Source of the DNA: Escherichia coli
Lineage (GTDB): Bacteria > Pseudomonadota > Gammaproteobacteria > Enterobacterales > Enterobacteriaceae
DNA length: 64,000 nucleotides
Reading direction: 5' to 3' (one strand)
Assembly (NCBI RefSeq): GCF_003991155.1
Contig: NZ_CP031293.1
Positions 1 through 11,671 of the stretch are shown here, piece after piece (positions within the stretch are counted from its first letter, which is position 1; each line of letters begins with the position of its first letter). A program made the position numbers and the translations under genes. The notes beneath the pieces are model-generated. The model had not been told where the DNA came from, ran no database searches, and saw only the letters and a list, made by a program, of their open reading frames with translations.

Positions 1-363
1 GGCGGAAATCAACACCTTCTTCGCACCAGCATCAAGGTGCGCCTGCGATTTCTCGGCGGAGGTATAAAAGCCAGTACATTCGACAATGATTTCTGCGCCT
101 TTCGCTTTCCATGGAATATTTTTAGCCTCTTTTTCGGCGTAAACCGCGATACTTTTTCCATCAACGATAAGTGAATCTTCCGTAAAATCAACGCTCCAGG
201 GGAACGGTCCGTAGTTTGAATCATGTTTCAACAGGTAGGCGAGAATTTTTGGGGAAGTGAGATCATTAATAGCAACAATGTCTATGTTGCTTTTGACTTC
301 AAGTAATCGACGCAACACCAGTCGACCGATACGACCAAAACCGTTAATACCAACTTTACTCAT
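1..363 (-). CDS. gapC: Glyceraldehyde-3-phosphate dehydrogenase GapC, N-terminal part; gene continues beyond the window start (intact versus pseudogene cannot be judged here)
   Basis: Reverse-strand translation from ATG at 363 gives [23 protein letters not shown]..., the GAPDH NAD-binding N-terminus; frame stays open to position 1. Confidence 0.8.
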   Translation of the reverse strand, partial: MSKVGINGFGRIGRLVLRRLLEVKSNIDIVAINDLTSPKILAYLLKHDSNYGPFPWSVDFTEDSLIVDGKSIAVYAEKEAKNIPWKAKGAEIIVECTGFYTSAEKSQAHLDAGAKKVLISA

Positions 364-551
364 GGTCTTCTCCTGTCAGGAACGTTCGGATGAAAATTGA
401 TCCTTTCCAGGCTTAGACCAGGATGGCGGGATGGGCAATCTACATTCTTGCCGTGAAACGTAACGTACTGAAAACGGGTGAACAATATTTAATGAAATTT
501 TAAGAAAAGCTCGTTATGTTAACGGAAAATTATGTTAAAGCAGGAAATGTT

Positions 552-1082
552 ATGGAAAGTAAATATTCAAGGTTACAAATCGGCATTCACTGGCTGGTCT
601 TTTTGCTGGTTATCGCAGCGTATTGCGCAATGGAGTTTCGTGGTTTTTTCCCACGTGGCGATAGGCCGCTTATCAACATGATTCATGTTTCCTGTGGCAT
701 CTCAATTCTCGTGCTGATGGTTGTTCGTCTTTTGTTAAGGCTTAAATACCCAACTCCGCCGATTGTACCTAAACCAAAACCGATGATGACGGGACTGGCG
801 CATTTGGGACATTTGGTGATCTATCTCCTGTTTATTGCGCTGCCAGTGATTGGTTTGGTGATGATGTATAACCGGGGCAACCCGTGGTCTGCGTTTGGTA
901 TGACAATGCCTTATGCAGCAGAGGCCAATTTCGAACGGGTTGATAGCTTAAAGTGGTGGCATGAGACGCTGGCGAATCTGGGATATTTTGTCATCGGGTT
1001 GCACGCTGCGGCTGCACTGGCACACCACTATTTCTGGAAGGACAACACACTTCTACGCATGATGCCGCGTAAACGTTCCTGA
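552..1082 (+). CDS. cybB: Cytochrome b561
   Basis: ORF 516..1082; internal start MESKYSRLQIGIHWLVFLLV chosen to give the 176-aa length; multi-TM haem-binding protein with conserved His. Confidence 0.9.
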   Translation: MESKYSRLQIGIHWLVFLLVIAAYCAMEFRGFFPRGDRPLINMIHVSCGISILVLMVVRLLLRLKYPTPPIVPKPKPMMTGLAHLGHLVIYLLFIALPVIGLVMMYNRGNPWSAFGMTMPYAAEANFERVDSLKWWHETLANLGYFVIGLHAAAALAHHYFWKDNTLLRMMPRKRS

Positions 1083-1092
1083 AGGATCTTTA

Positions 1093-1156
1093 AAGAAAAC
1101 GCCTGTACTAAAACCGACCCGCGGTACAGGCGAAGAGTACGGGCCTACATCGGAAG
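1093..1156 (-). ncRNA. rydC: RydC small regulatory RNA (Hfq-dependent, pseudoknotted)
   Basis: Minus-strand sequence cttccgatgtaggcccgtactcttcgcctgtaccgcgggtcggttttagtacaggcgttttctt in the cybB-ydcA intergenic region matches my recollection of RydC; contains the stem cctgtac/gtacagg and a terminal U-run. Confidence 0.7.
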
Positions 1157-1326
1157 CGCCTATTATATTTATTTGTATGACAAATAAAACCATAATCCTT
1201 GTCCATATGTCCATCTGGCTTATCTTTAATCAATTCACACGATCTTTGATCTCATCAACAGTATCAAAATAAACCAGCGTATAACGTTCAAATCGAACAT
1301 AAGATTCGATAAACCATGGAGGTTAT

Positions 1327-1500
1327 ATGAAAAAACTGGCACTTATCTTGGTTATAGGAGCGCTTGTTTCCTTTTATGCCGATGCCGGGCGCAAACCCTG
1401 TTCTGGTTCGAAAGGGGGGATCTCACACTGTACGGCAGGCGGCAAATTTGTCTGTAATGATGGTTCTATTAGTGCATCGAAAAAAACATGCACTAACTGA
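1327..1500 (+). CDS. ydcA: Small secreted protein YdcA (57 aa, signal peptide)
   Basis: ATG at 1327, MKKLALILVIGALVSFYADAGRKPCSGSKGG...KKTCTN, stop at 1498-1500; below the 60-aa cutoff of the ORF track. Confidence 0.75.
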   Translation: MKKLALILVIGALVSFYADAGRKPCSGSKGGISHCTAGGKFVCNDGSISASKKTCTN

Positions 1501-1571
1501 AGTGTAAAAGGGGTGCCATGAGAAAATGAATCTGCTAGTCAGATGCGCGGGGAAAATCCCCGCGCTTGCCC

Positions 1572-1779
<208 letters not shown>

Positions 1780-1820
1780 TCGTTGGCCTCGGTTTGTACT
1801 GACCCCAGAAAGTTGGACAG

Positions 1821-2672
1821 TTAAACACGAGGCATATAGGTCTGATTCCGATATTCAATTGGAGTCAGACCTTTTAATTTCAGGCTAATTCTTCTGCTGT
1901 TGTAGTATTCAATATATTCCGTAACAGCATCCTTCAGCTCGCTTATATTACTGAACTCATCAAGATAAAAACACTCCGACTTTAAGGTTCCAAAGAAACA
2001 CTCCACCACAGCATTATCCAGACAATTGCCTTTTCTGGACATGCTTTGTTTAATACCATGTTCTTTAAGGATATTTTGATATCTTCTCATACGATACTGC
2101 CATCCCTGGTCAGAGTGCAGAACAGGATGCTCGTGAGGATTAAGCTTTTTGAATGCCTGATCGAGCATATTCTCGACCATGTTCATCACTGGTCTTTCCG
2201 AAAGGCTGTAAGAAATAACTTCGTTGTTGAAGAGATCTATTACTGGAGACAAATACAGCTTGCGCCCATTGACTGCAAATTCAGTAACATCGGTAACCCA
2301 CTTCTCGTTTGGCCGCGTAGCCTTGAAATCTCTTTGGAGAACATTGGGGGCGGTTTGCCCTACCTCTCCTCTGTAAGAGCGGTATCGCTTGACCTTAATC
2401 GCTGCCTTCAGTGAGAGGATTCCCATCAGGCGCTGAACAGCTTTATGGTTAATCTGTTTCCCTTCTCGATGAAGAGACAGCGTTACCCTACGGTATCCGT
2501 ATCGGCCTCTATTCTCATGATAAATCTCACCAATACGCTTTTTAACGTCCGCATACTTGTCAGGCTTGCTGAGAGCCTTTAGATGGTAATAAAACGTACT
2601 GCGCGGTATCTCCGCAGCCCTGAGAAGCTCATCAAGAGGATAAAACTGCCTTAGCTCGTTGAGTACTTTCAC
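1821..2672 (-). CDS. insK: IS150 OrfB (InsK), DDE integrase-type transposase catalytic domain
   Basis: 283-aa ORF in the -1 frame relative to insJ, overlapping its 3' end; IS3-family catalytic domain. Confidence 0.9.
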   Translation of the reverse strand: MKVLNELRQFYPLDELLRAAEIPRSTFYYHLKALSKPDKYADVKKRIGEIYHENRGRYGYRRVTLSLHREGKQINHKAVQRLMGILSLKAAIKVKRYRSYRGEVGQTAPNVLQRDFKATRPNEKWVTDVTEFAVNGRKLYLSPVIDLFNNEVISYSLSERPVMNMVENMLDQAFKKLNPHEHPVLHSDQGWQYRMRRYQNILKEHGIKQSMSRKGNCLDNAVVECFFGTLKSECFYLDEFSNISELKDAVTEYIEYYNSRRISLKLKGLTPIEYRNQTYMPRV

Positions 2673-3190
2673 TTTTTCGTGGGATGAGCTAAGGCTTTCA
2701 GCTTTTTTAGATACACAAGCCGCGTTTCAAGAAATCGAACTTGCCTTTCAAGATCCTCAATGCGTCGGTCTTTTGACAGCTCCAATGCTGATGCCGCTTT
2801 TTCTGGATCAACTGATATTGCAATGTTTCTTTTGGTGCCAATCTTGAGCGCGCGTAAACCAGCTTCTCCGCGCTCTTCATAAACCTTCAGCCACCTGGCT
2901 ACAGAACCACTACCAGCAAGCATAAAGTGAGCAGCAGCCTGATTAAGAGACATGTGCTGCTCGATCACAGCTTTCACGACCTTAATACGCAACTCAGGAT
3001 CAGCACTAACACCTTTAGGTTTGGGAATTAAACCTTTTTCTCCATGTTTTTCATAGAGGGCAACCCATGTCCTGACCTGGGTTCGGGGGACACCAAAACG
3101 TGCCGAGATGATCCTGTAACCATCATCAGTAGTGAAGTAGTGATTCACGACTTCAAGGCGCTTTTCAAAAGGGTATTTTGGCTTTGACAT
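2669..3190 (-). CDS. insJ: IS150 OrfA (InsJ), HTH DNA-binding transposase component
   Basis: 173-aa ORF MSKPKYPFEKRLEVVNHYFTTDDGYRIISARFGVPRTQVRTW..., recognised as IS150 InsJ. Confidence 0.9.
   Translation of the reverse strand: MSKPKYPFEKRLEVVNHYFTTDDGYRIISARFGVPRTQVRTWVALYEKHGEKGLIPKPKGVSADPELRIKVVKAVIEQHMSLNQAAAHFMLAGSGSVARWLKVYEERGEAGLRALKIGTKRNIAISVDPEKAASALELSKDRRIEDLERQVRFLETRLVYLKKLKALAHPTKK
2702..2708 (-). promoter_or_regulatory. Programmed -1 ribosomal frameshift heptamer A_AAA_AAG for InsJK fusion transposase
   Basis: Plus-strand cttttttag at 2702-2710 is AAAAAAG on the coding strand, inside the insJ/insK overlap. Confidence 0.7.
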
Positions 3191-3567
3191 ATCAGGGGCT
3201 ATTCCATTTCATCGTCCAACAAAATGGGTGCAGTACACAGTTGATAGAAATATTGGTCGGGGCCTTCGTCTTTCTGATTCCCGGTTAGCCTGAAAACAGA
3301 AAGTCTCAGGCACCCGTGAGCATCCTATGTGGTTTCCTTAAGGACGAAAATAATCACCTGACGAAATTGCGTGCTGTTTTCCAGAATTTTTCGTCATTCG
3401 GTTTAGCCAGTTTAATCATTCGTTACTCTCTTCATTCCAATGGCATTATTCTTCTCTGCCATAATTGTTGTAAAAATGTGACGCAAAGAGGTTTTTGGTC
3501 GTAAGAAATTACCGTCAAGTGCCGATGACTTTCTATCAGGAGTAAACCTGGAAGAGAGACAACGGTA

Positions 3568-5208
3568 ATGAATACAACTCCCTCACAGCGATTAGGTTTT
3601 TTGCATCACATCAGGCTGGTTCCGTTATTTGCCTGCATTCTTGGCGGTATCTTAGTTCTATTCGCATTAAGTTCTGCTCTGGCTGGCTATTTCCTCTGGC
3701 AGGCCGATCGCGATCAGCGTGATGTTACTGCGGAGATTGAGATTCGGACCGGGTTAGCGAACAGTTCAGATTTTTTGCGTTCAGCCCGGATCAATATGAT
3801 TCAGGCCGGGGCAGCGAGTCGTATTGCGGAAATGGAAGCAATGAAGCGAAATATTGCGCAAGCCGAATCGGAGATTAAACAGTCGCAGCAAGGTTATCGT
3901 GCTTATCAGAATCGACCGGTGAAAACACCTGCTGATGAAGCCCTCGACACTGAATTAAATCAACGCTTCCAGGCTTATATCACGGGTATGCAACCGATGT
4001 TGAAATATGCCAAAAATGGCATGTTTGAAGCGATTATCAATCATGAAAGTGAGCAGATCCGACCGCTGGATAATGCTTATACCGATATTTTGAACAAAGC
4101 CGTTAAGATACGTAGCACCAGAGCCAACCAACTGGCGGAACTGGCCCATCAGCGCACCCGCCTGGGTGGGATGTTCATGATTGGCGCGTTTGTGCTTGCC
4201 CTGGTGATGACGCTGATAACATTTATGGTGCTACGTCGGATCGTCATTCGTCCACTGCAAAATGCCGCACAACGGATTGAAAAAATCGCCAGTGGCGATC
4301 TGACGATGAATGATGAACCGGCGGGTCGTAATGAAATCGGTCGCTTAAGTCGTCATTTACAGCAAATGCAGCATTCACTGGGGATGACTGTAGGGACCGT
4401 TCGACAGGGCGCGGAAGAGATTTATCGTGGCACCAGCGAAATTTCAGCTGGCAATGCGGACCTGTCATCTCGCACCGAAGAACAAGCGGCGGCTATCGAA
4501 CAAACTGCCGCCAGCATGGAGCAACTCACTGCGACGGTGAAACAGAATGCGGATAACGCGCATCATGCCAGCAAACTGGCGCAAGAGGCTTCTATTAAAG
4601 CCAGCGATGGCGGGCAGATGGTTTCCGGTGTAGTAAAAACGATGGGCGCTATCTCCACGAGTTCGAAGAAAATTTCTGAGATCACCGCCGTCATCAACAG
4701 TATTGCTTTCCAGACGAATATTCTGGCACTGAATGCTGCCGTTGAAGCCGCGCGAGCGGGTGAGCAAGGGCGTGGATTTGCCGTTGTCGCCAGCGAAGTA
4801 CGGACACTCGCAAGCCGCAGCGCTCAGGCGGCGAAAGAGATTGAAGGCTTGATCAGTGAATCAGTCAGGTTAATTGACCTGGGATCGGATGAGGTGGCCA
4901 CGGCCGGGAAAACCATGAGCACTATTGTTGATGCCGTCGCGAGTGTCACACATATCATGCAGGAAATTGCCGCCGCCTCGGATGAACAAAGTAGAGGCAT
5001 AACGCAGGTTAGCCAGGCGATTTCTGAAATGGATAAGGTGACGCAACAGAATGCTTCTCTGGTAGAAGAGGCCTCAGCGGCGGCGGTGTCCCTTGAAGAA
5101 CAGGCGGCACGATTAACTGAGGCGGTGGACGTATTCCGTCTGAACAAACATTCTGTGTCGGCAGAACCTCGCGGAGCGGGTGAACCAGTTAGTTTCGCTA
5201 CGGTGTGA
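3568..5208 (+). CDS. trg: Methyl-accepting chemotaxis protein III (ribose/galactose sensor)
   Basis: 546-aa ORF; N-terminal TM, periplasmic domain, HAMP, and the conserved MCP signalling domain (...[15 protein letters not shown]...). Confidence 0.9.
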   Translation: MNTTPSQRLGFLHHIRLVPLFACILGGILVLFALSSALAGYFLWQADRDQRDVTAEIEIRTGLANSSDFLRSARINMIQAGAASRIAEMEAMKRNIAQAESEIKQSQQGYRAYQNRPVKTPADEALDTELNQRFQAYITGMQPMLKYAKNGMFEAIINHESEQIRPLDNAYTDILNKAVKIRSTRANQLAELAHQRTRLGGMFMIGAFVLALVMTLITFMVLRRIVIRPLQNAAQRIEKIASGDLTMNDEPAGRNEIGRLSRHLQQMQHSLGMTVGTVRQGAEEIYRGTSEISAGNADLSSRTEEQAAAIEQTAASMEQLTATVKQNADNAHHASKLAQEASIKASDGGQMVSGVVKTMGAISTSSKKISEITAVINSIAFQTNILALNAAVEAARAGEQGRGFAVVASEVRTLASRSAQAAKEIEGLISESVRLIDLGSDEVATAGKTMSTIVDAVASVTHIMQEIAAASDEQSRGITQVSQAISEMDKVTQQNASLVEEASAAAVSLEEQAARLTEAVDVFRLNKHSVSAEPRGAGEPVSFATV

Positions 5209-5217
5209 AAATGTTCA

Positions 5218-5240
5218 AGGAAGGGATCGACAGATCCCTT
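5218..5240. terminator. Hairpin between convergent trg and ydcI
   Basis: gaagggatcgacagatcccttc forms a perfect 8-bp stem immediately after the trg stop. Confidence 0.5.
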
Positions 5241-5246
5241 CACCTT

Positions 5247-6170
5247 TCAGAACGGCATTGATTTTCGAATAGCGTTAATCATCAACTGGCAACCAGAAGA
5301 GAACGTCGCATCTACGCGGGTCAGTATTCCAATCGGTTCGCCTGCACCATGTCCCGGAACAGGCAGGGCCACCAGCGTGGCATGACGCAGGTCGTCTTTT
5401 ACAGCGCCAGAAGGGACAAACCACACGTAGTCGTATTCAACCGTAAGTTGACGAGATAGCGAAGCAGACAGCGTTTCGATACAACCCGAAGGAATTTTAC
5501 ATCCCTGGCTCTGCACTAATGCATCTGAATGCTGGCGTGGCGCAGTGCCTTCTGGTGATACAACGACCGGCCATTCCAGCACCCGGCTTAGCGTTACGTT
5601 CTCCTGAAGTAGCGGATGATTGGGGCGGACAACCAGCTTCAGCGATTCAAGAAACAGCAGTTCGTAATTAAGCCCGGTCATCAGTTCAGGACCTGACATC
5701 CGACCAATGCCGATATCGATTTCCCCGGTTTTTAAACCCGCCAGAATCATAGGGTTACTCATTGTCGCAACTTGCAAGGTCGTCTCTTTTTGTTGCTGAT
5801 GAAACTGACCTATAACCGAAGGTAATATCCCCAGTGCCGCAGTAGGTAGTGCACCAACCCTGACGATATCATTATTAAGACCTTCTTTACGATGAAGCGA
5901 CTGTCCAGCAGTGTTGATGGCGTCAAGAACTCTGACTGCATGCGTTAAAAATTGTTCGCCGGGTAAGGTAAGTTGCGCCCCCTGACGACCACGCTCAAAC
6001 AAGCGAGCGCCCGTCAGCTGCTCCAGTTCATTCAATGTCTTAGAGAGCGCAGGTTGACTCAAATTAAGGGTTTCAGCCGCGCGCCCCAAAGTTCCTTGTT
6101 GTGCGACAGCTACGAATGTATGAAGGTGGCGCAAACGGATGCGCTGACTAAACAGACTATTTTTTTCCAT
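5247..6170 (-). CDS. ydcI: LysR-family transcriptional regulator
   Basis: ORF 5247..6311; start set at MEKNSLFSQRIRLRHLHTFVAV (ATG at 6170) to give about 307 aa; N-terminal HTH and LysR substrate-binding domain. Confidence 0.8.
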   Translation of the reverse strand: MEKNSLFSQRIRLRHLHTFVAVAQQGTLGRAAETLNLSQPALSKTLNELEQLTGARLFERGRQGAQLTLPGEQFLTHAVRVLDAINTAGQSLHRKEGLNNDIVRVGALPTAALGILPSVIGQFHQQQKETTLQVATMSNPMILAGLKTGEIDIGIGRMSGPELMTGLNYELLFLESLKLVVRPNHPLLQENVTLSRVLEWPVVVSPEGTAPRQHSDALVQSQGCKIPSGCIETLSASLSRQLTVEYDYVWFVPSGAVKDDLRHATLVALPVPGHGAGEPIGILTRVDATFSSGCQLMINAIRKSMPF

Positions 6171-6386
6171 AAGCGATGTTAAAAACGAAGCGGTGTCGCT
6201 GACAAGTGAAGTTGTTTGATTATGATAACTTGATTGCAAAATATTATTAACAATTAAAGCAATTATGTTACAGCAAAATGGATAATATTGATGTTTTCGC
6301 GGCGAGATCACAGTTTGTAAATTCTTCCCGCCGGAGTGAATGCGGTTACCTACACTCCAGATTACTGACCACTGGAGGCAGACACT

Positions 6387-7730
6387 ATGGCGAACAGCAT
6401 CACGGCGGATGAGATTCGGGAACAGTTTTCGCAGGCAATGTCAGCCATGTACCAGCAAGAAGTTCCGCAGTACGGCACGCTGCTGGAACTGGTAGCTGAT
6501 GTGAATCTGGCTGTGCTGGAAAACAATCCTCAACTGCACGAAAAAATGGTAAATGCAGACGAGCTGGCGCGACTGAATGTTGAACGTCATGGGGCGATTC
6601 GTGTTGGGACTGCACAAGAGCTTGCTACTCTTCGGCGGATGTTTGCCATTATGGGGATGTACCCGGTGAGCTATTACGATCTCTCGCAGGCGGGAGTGCC
6701 GGTACATTCCACAGCATTTCGGCCCATTGATGATGCTTCTCTGGCGCGTAATCCATTCCGCATTTTTACCTCATTACTCCGCCTTGAGCTTATCGAGAAC
6801 GAATTTTTGCGCCAGAAAGCGGCGGAGATTCTGCGTCAGCGCGATATCTTCACCCCACGTTGTCGACAACTGTTAGAGGAGTATGAGCAGCGGGGCGGTT
6901 TTAACGAAACACAGGCACAGGAGTTTGTGCAGGAAGCCCTGGAAACGTTTCGTTGGCACCAGTCAGCAACGGTAGATGAAGAAACCTATCGCGCCTTGCA
7001 CAACGAACATCGGTTGATTGCTGATGTGGTCTGTTTTCCTGGATGCCATATCAACCACCTGACGCCACGTACGCTGGATATTGACCGGGTGCAGTCAATG
7101 ATGCCTGAATGCGGGATTGAACCCAAAATTCTGATCGAAGGGCCGCCGCGCCGCGAGGTACCTATTTTACTACGCCAGACCAGCTTTAAAGCACTGGAAG
7201 AGACGGTGTTGTTTGCAGGGCAGAAACAGGGTACGCATACCGCGCGCTTTGGTGAAATAGAGCAGCGTGGTGTGGCATTAACGCCGAAAGGACGACAACT
7301 GTATGATGATCTACTGCGGAACGCTGGAACCGGGCAGGATAATCTCACTCACCAAATGCATTTACAGGAAACCTTCCGCACTTTTCCTGACAGTGAGTTT
7401 TTAATGCGTCAGCAAGGGTTGGCATGGTTCCGGTACCGTCTGACGCCTTCAGGTGAGGCGCATCGTCAGGCGATTCATCCCGGAGACGATCCACAGCCCT
7501 TAATTGAACGTGGTTGGGTAGTGGCGCAACCCATTACCTATGAAGATTTCTTGCCTGTTAGCGCGGCGGGGATCTTCCAGTCAAATCTGGGTAATGAAAC
7601 GCAGGCACGCAGTCACGGTAATGCCAGTCGCGAAGCATTTGAGCAGGCGTTGGGCTGCCCGGTTTTGGATGAGTTCCAGCTTTATCAGGAAGCGGAAGAA
7701 CGCAGTAAACGTCGCTGTGGTTTGCTTTAA
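6387..7730 (+). CDS. ydcJ: DUF1338-family metalloenzyme YdcJ
   Basis: 447-aa ORF in conserved position between ydcI and opgD. Confidence 0.75.
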   Translation: MANSITADEIREQFSQAMSAMYQQEVPQYGTLLELVADVNLAVLENNPQLHEKMVNADELARLNVERHGAIRVGTAQELATLRRMFAIMGMYPVSYYDLSQAGVPVHSTAFRPIDDASLARNPFRIFTSLLRLELIENEFLRQKAAEILRQRDIFTPRCRQLLEEYEQRGGFNETQAQEFVQEALETFRWHQSATVDEETYRALHNEHRLIADVVCFPGCHINHLTPRTLDIDRVQSMMPECGIEPKILIEGPPRREVPILLRQTSFKALEETVLFAGQKQGTHTARFGEIEQRGVALTPKGRQLYDDLLRNAGTGQDNLTHQMHLQETFRTFPDSEFLMRQQGLAWFRYRLTPSGEAHRQAIHPGDDPQPLIERGWVVAQPITYEDFLPVSAAGIFQSNLGNETQARSHGNASREAFEQALGCPVLDEFQLYQEAEERSKRRCGLL

Positions 7731-7954
7731 ATTCTGACCATCCGCCTTTGCAAAAATTTGCCTGATTTTACAAACGAATCAGGCTCATCCCATCGACATA
7801 AAAAAATTGCCGATTTATGCATATTCTCTCAGTTCAACAATTGGATTATTAATAAATATTGTCTAGAGTGAGCGGTCATAAATAAGCACTTTCTTGCCGC
7901 TGAAAACGACCAGCGCGGGACCATTCACAACACCAGAAGGACTCACTTTCAGGT

Positions 7955-9610
7955 ATGGATCGTAGACGATTTATTAAAGGTTCAATGGCTATGGCCGCCG
8001 TGTGCGGTACCAGCGGCATTGCTTCTCTTTTTTCTCAGGCGGCATTCGCGGCAGATTCTGATATTGCCGACGGGCAAACCCAGCGTTTTGACTTCTCCAT
8101 TCTACAGTCAATGGCGCACGACTTAGCGCAAACAGCGTGGCGTGGCGCGCCGCGTCCGTTACCTGACACGCTGGCGACAATGACGCCGCAGGCTTATAAC
8201 AGTATTCAATACGACGCCGAAAAATCGCTCTGGCATAACGTTGAGAACCGTCAACTGGACGCTCAGTTCTTCCATATGGGAATGGGATTCCGTCGCCGCG
8301 TTCGTATGTTTTCTGTTGATCCCGCAACACATCTGGCGCGTGAAATTCACTTTCGCCCGGAGTTGTTCAAATACAACGATGCGGGTGTTGATACCAAACA
8401 ATTAGAAGGGCAAAGTGATCTCGGTTTTGCCGGTTTTCGCGTGTTTAAAGCCCCCGAACTGGCGCGCCGTGATGTAGTATCATTCCTCGGTGCGAGTTAT
8501 TTCCGCGCCGTTGACGACACATATCAATACGGTCTATCGGCTCGCGGCCTGGCGATCGACACTTACACCGACAGTAAAGAAGAGTTCCCCGACTTTACCG
8601 CCTTCTGGTTTGATACGGTAAAACCGGGGGCAACCACCTTTACCGTTTATGCGTTGCTCGATAGCGCCAGCATTACTGGTGCCTATAAGTTCACTATCCA
8701 TTGCGAGAAAAGTCAGGTGATTATGGATGTGGAAAATCACCTGTATGCGCGCAAAGACATTAAACAGCTGGGCATTGCGCCGATGACCAGTATGTTCAGC
8801 TGCGGTACTAATGAACGTCGGATGTGCGACACCATTCATCCGCAAATCCATGACTCTGATCGTTTGTCCATGTGGCGGGGCAACGGCGAGTGGATTTGTC
8901 GTCCGCTGAACAATCCGCAAAAATTGCAGTTCAATGCTTACACCGACAACAACCCGAAAGGGTTTGGTTTATTGCAACTGGATCGTGATTTCTCCCATTA
9001 TCAGGACATTATGGGCTGGTATAACAAACGCCCAAGTCTGTGGGTGGAACCGCGTAACAAGTGGGGTAAGGGCACCATCGGCCTGATGGAAATCCCAACA
9101 ACGGGCGAAACGCTGGATAACATTGTCTGCTTCTGGCAGCCAGAAAAAGCTGTAAAAGCGGGTGATGAGTTTGCATTCCAGTATCGTCTGTACTGGAGTG
9201 CGCAACCGCCTGTTCATTGCCCATTAGCGCGCGTTATGGCGACGCGTACCGGCATGGGTGGTTTCCCGGAAGGTTGGGCTCCTGGTGAACACTATCCCGA
9301 AAAATGGGCGCGTCGTTTTGCCGTCGATTTCGTTGGTGGTGATCTGAAGGCTGCCGCGCCAAAAGGCATTGAGCCGGTGATTACGCTTTCCAGTGGGGAA
9401 GCGAAGCAAATCGAAATTCTCTATATTGAACCCATTGATGGTTATCGTATTCAGTTTGACTGGTATCCGACTTCGGACTCCACTGATCCGGTCGATATGC
9501 GGATGTATCTGCGTTGTCAGGGCGACGCTATCAGTGAAACATGGCTGTATCAGTATTTCCCGCCAGCGCCGGATAAACGTCAGTATGTTGACGACCGCGT
9601 GATGAGTTAA
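7955..9610 (+). CDS. opgD: Glucans biosynthesis protein D (periplasmic, Tat-exported)
   Basis: 551-aa ORF with twin-arginine motif [18 protein letters not shown]...AFA; OpgG/OpgD family. Confidence 0.9.
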   Translation: MDRRRFIKGSMAMAAVCGTSGIASLFSQAAFAADSDIADGQTQRFDFSILQSMAHDLAQTAWRGAPRPLPDTLATMTPQAYNSIQYDAEKSLWHNVENRQLDAQFFHMGMGFRRRVRMFSVDPATHLAREIHFRPELFKYNDAGVDTKQLEGQSDLGFAGFRVFKAPELARRDVVSFLGASYFRAVDDTYQYGLSARGLAIDTYTDSKEEFPDFTAFWFDTVKPGATTFTVYALLDSASITGAYKFTIHCEKSQVIMDVENHLYARKDIKQLGIAPMTSMFSCGTNERRMCDTIHPQIHDSDRLSMWRGNGEWICRPLNNPQKLQFNAYTDNNPKGFGLLQLDRDFSHYQDIMGWYNKRPSLWVEPRNKWGKGTIGLMEIPTTGETLDNIVCFWQPEKAVKAGDEFAFQYRLYWSAQPPVHCPLARVMATRTGMGGFPEGWAPGEHYPEKWARRFAVDFVGGDLKAAAPKGIEPVITLSSGEAKQIEILYIEPIDGYRIQFDWYPTSDSTDPVDMRMYLRCQGDAISETWLYQYFPPAPDKRQYVDDRVMS

Positions 9611-9749
9611 TCGTTTTTTCTTCGGCACCTTCTTCGGGAGGTGCCGTCTGGTTAAACACGATCCCGCTCGCATTTTTCCCTAAGTTAAATGAGTAATCTG
9701 ATGGTGTGTATTTCAGATACACCTTGTCAGCCACTAACAGGGAGTGCGT

Positions 9750-9974
9750 ATGTTTCCAGAATATCGAGATTTAATATCCCGTCTGAAAAACGAAAATCCT
9801 CGCTTTATGTCCTTGTTCGATAAACACAATAAACTTGATCATGAAATTGCCAGAAAGGAAGGTTCCGACGGTCGAGGGTACAATGCGGAAGTGGTCCGCA
9901 TGAAAAAACAAAAGCTACAGTTAAAAGATGAGATGCTCAAAATCCTGCAGCAGGAGAGCGTCAAAGAGGTGTAA
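9750..9974 (+). CDS. ydcH: DUF465 small protein YdcH
   Basis: ORF 9744..9974; start at MFPEYRDLISRLKNENPRF gives 74 aa (alternative start at 9744). Confidence 0.7.
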   Translation: MFPEYRDLISRLKNENPRFMSLFDKHNKLDHEIARKEGSDGRGYNAEVVRMKKQKLQLKDEMLKILQQESVKEV

Positions 9975-10036
9975 ACTTTCCTAAGCCGCCAGCCAGGCGG
10001 CTTTTTTAACAACTGCATGGATTGACTGGAGATAAG

Positions 10037-10576
10037 ATGACCGAAACGATAAAAGTAAGTGAATCACTTGAATTACATGCTGTTGCAGAAAGTCATGTCA
10101 CACCTCTTTATCAGTTAATCTGTAAAAATAGAACCTGGTTACAGCAGTCGCTAAACTGGCCGCAGTTTGTTCAAAGTGAAGAGGACACGCGAAAAACGGT
10201 GCAGGGCAATGTAATGTTGCATCAACGCGGCTATGCCAAAATGTTCATGATTTTCAAAGAAGATGAACTTATCGGCGTTATCTCGTTTAATCGTATTGAA
10301 CCACTGAATAAAACCGCTGAAATCGGCTACTGGCTGGACGAATCTCATCAGGGGCAGGGGATCATTTCTCAGGCGCTGCAGGCATTGATTCATCATTACG
10401 CTCAGTCTGGTGAACTTAGACGCTTCGTGATCAAATGTCGGGTGGACAATGCGCAAAGCAACCAGGTCGCTTTGCGCAATGGTTTTATCCTTGAAGGTTG
10501 CCTGAAACAGGCTGAGTTCCTGAATGATGCCTATGATGATGTGAACTTATACGCGCGTATTATCGATTCACAATAA
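10037..10576 (+). CDS. rimL: Ribosomal-protein L7/L12 serine acetyltransferase
   Basis: Start at [20 protein letters not shown]; GNAT fold; 179 aa. Confidence 0.85.
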   Translation: MTETIKVSESLELHAVAESHVTPLYQLICKNRTWLQQSLNWPQFVQSEEDTRKTVQGNVMLHQRGYAKMFMIFKEDELIGVISFNRIEPLNKTAEIGYWLDESHQGQGIISQALQALIHHYAQSGELRRFVIKCRVDNAQSNQVALRNGFILEGCLKQAEFLNDAYDDVNLYARIIDSQ

Positions 10577-11548
10577 CCCTGCCAACGGCGTTCGAGTAAT
10601 GCGCTCCTCGCCGTTAATGACTTTTGGACCACGGACATGAACCGTGTCGCCATCAAAGGCTTCAACGACGGCGTGGTCGGTTAACTCCACATGGTTTTCA
10701 ATTATCACCGCACCTGTAATACGGCTCTCACCTTGTATGACAACGTGCTCGTCGAGCAGAATCGGTCCGCCACGTACCACGGCATTTCCGCCAATCAAGA
10801 CATGATGTTTTAACACACAATTACCTTCCACAATGGCATATTCCGCCACCTGCGAACTGTAATGAATCGTCGGAATGGCATCTTCTTCTATGCCAGCTTT
10901 CACCTGCGCGTGACCGTAGACTTTAGCACAATCGCATAGCCAGACGTTGTTCTCTTCATTACCTTCAATACTGGCAAAATCAAAAACTTCGGCGCGATGT
11001 TCAATAAAAGCATACCGGACGACGGCATCGCCATAAATTTGTGCCTGGTGGACAATCCGCGAGGCGCTAACCCTCGCGCGATCATAAATTTGTAGCAGGA
11101 GTTGATGGTCGGGCGTTAAGCCTTGTGCGGCGACGATCATAGAATGTTGATCAATTAAGGCGTGACCAAATATTCTACATTGACCGCAAACTAATGAGTC
11201 ACTAATGGTGACACTGTCACTTATATATGCACCCTGGCTGATTTCACTATTATCGATCCAGACATTATCCGTTGCGTAAACCTCTCCCCACAGCACGCTG
11301 GTGCCGGTGATACGCGTATTCCCGGAAATCACCGTTCCGCCGAACGCAATAGCATTCTGGTCGTAAATCCAGCAATTTCCTTCCTGTGCTAACACCGTTT
11401 CGCGATCGATCCAGCCGCCAGCGCTTCCTGCTATCACATCGTTAAAATCGCTAATGGCGATAATCTGCCGTAATAACACATTTTTTTTAGTGCCATCTTC
11501 CTGATAACTAAAGGCTCGCTGTTCTTCACTTAGACGATATTTGCGCAT
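10568..11548 (-). CDS. ydcK: Left-handed beta-helix (hexapeptide-repeat) protein YdcK
   Basis: 326-aa ORF with hexapeptide-repeat character; conserved position. Confidence 0.75.
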   Translation of the reverse strand: MRKYRLSEEQRAFSYQEDGTKKNVLLRQIIAISDFNDVIAGSAGGWIDRETVLAQEGNCWIYDQNAIAFGGTVISGNTRITGTSVLWGEVYATDNVWIDNSEISQGAYISDSVTISDSLVCGQCRIFGHALIDQHSMIVAAQGLTPDHQLLLQIYDRARVSASRIVHQAQIYGDAVVRYAFIEHRAEVFDFASIEGNEENNVWLCDCAKVYGHAQVKAGIEEDAIPTIHYSSQVAEYAIVEGNCVLKHHVLIGGNAVVRGGPILLDEHVVIQGESRITGAVIIENHVELTDHAVVEAFDGDTVHVRGPKVINGEERITRTPLAGLL

Positions 11549-11671
11549 AGCGTTTTCCCACAGGTGACTTACTATAACCGTAGCAAATTCTGCGGCTCTG
11601 GCTATGCTCGAGAAAATTCCATAAAATGCATTTCAAATATACTTTATAAATTAAACAAAATGAGTAAGAAG

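Larger units (their letters stand above)
1795..3237 (-). mobile_element. IS150 (IS3 family), complete 1443-bp copy
   Basis: Termini TGTACTG...CAGTACA with imperfect inverted repeats (tgtactgaccccagaaagttggacag at 1795; revcomp tgtactgcacccattttgttggacgatg at 3237); encodes insJ and insK with a slippery site; length exactly 1443 bp. Confidence 0.9.

Noticed and set aside
516-551. N-terminal extensions in the longest-ORF track (cybB, tehA, curA, ansP, narZ, narU, ydcO, ydcI, mnaT, fdnI, pptA, ortT)
   Set aside because: Internal start codons give the conserved protein lengths and N-termini; the extensions are upstream in-frame sequence, not coding.
3238-3567. Hok-leader-like sense motif on the plus strand after IS150 (cacccgtgagcatcctatgtgg)
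   Set aside because: The resemblance to a hok mRNA leader is short and on the wrong strand relative to hokB; it cannot be distinguished from chance or from trg promoter sequence without alignment.
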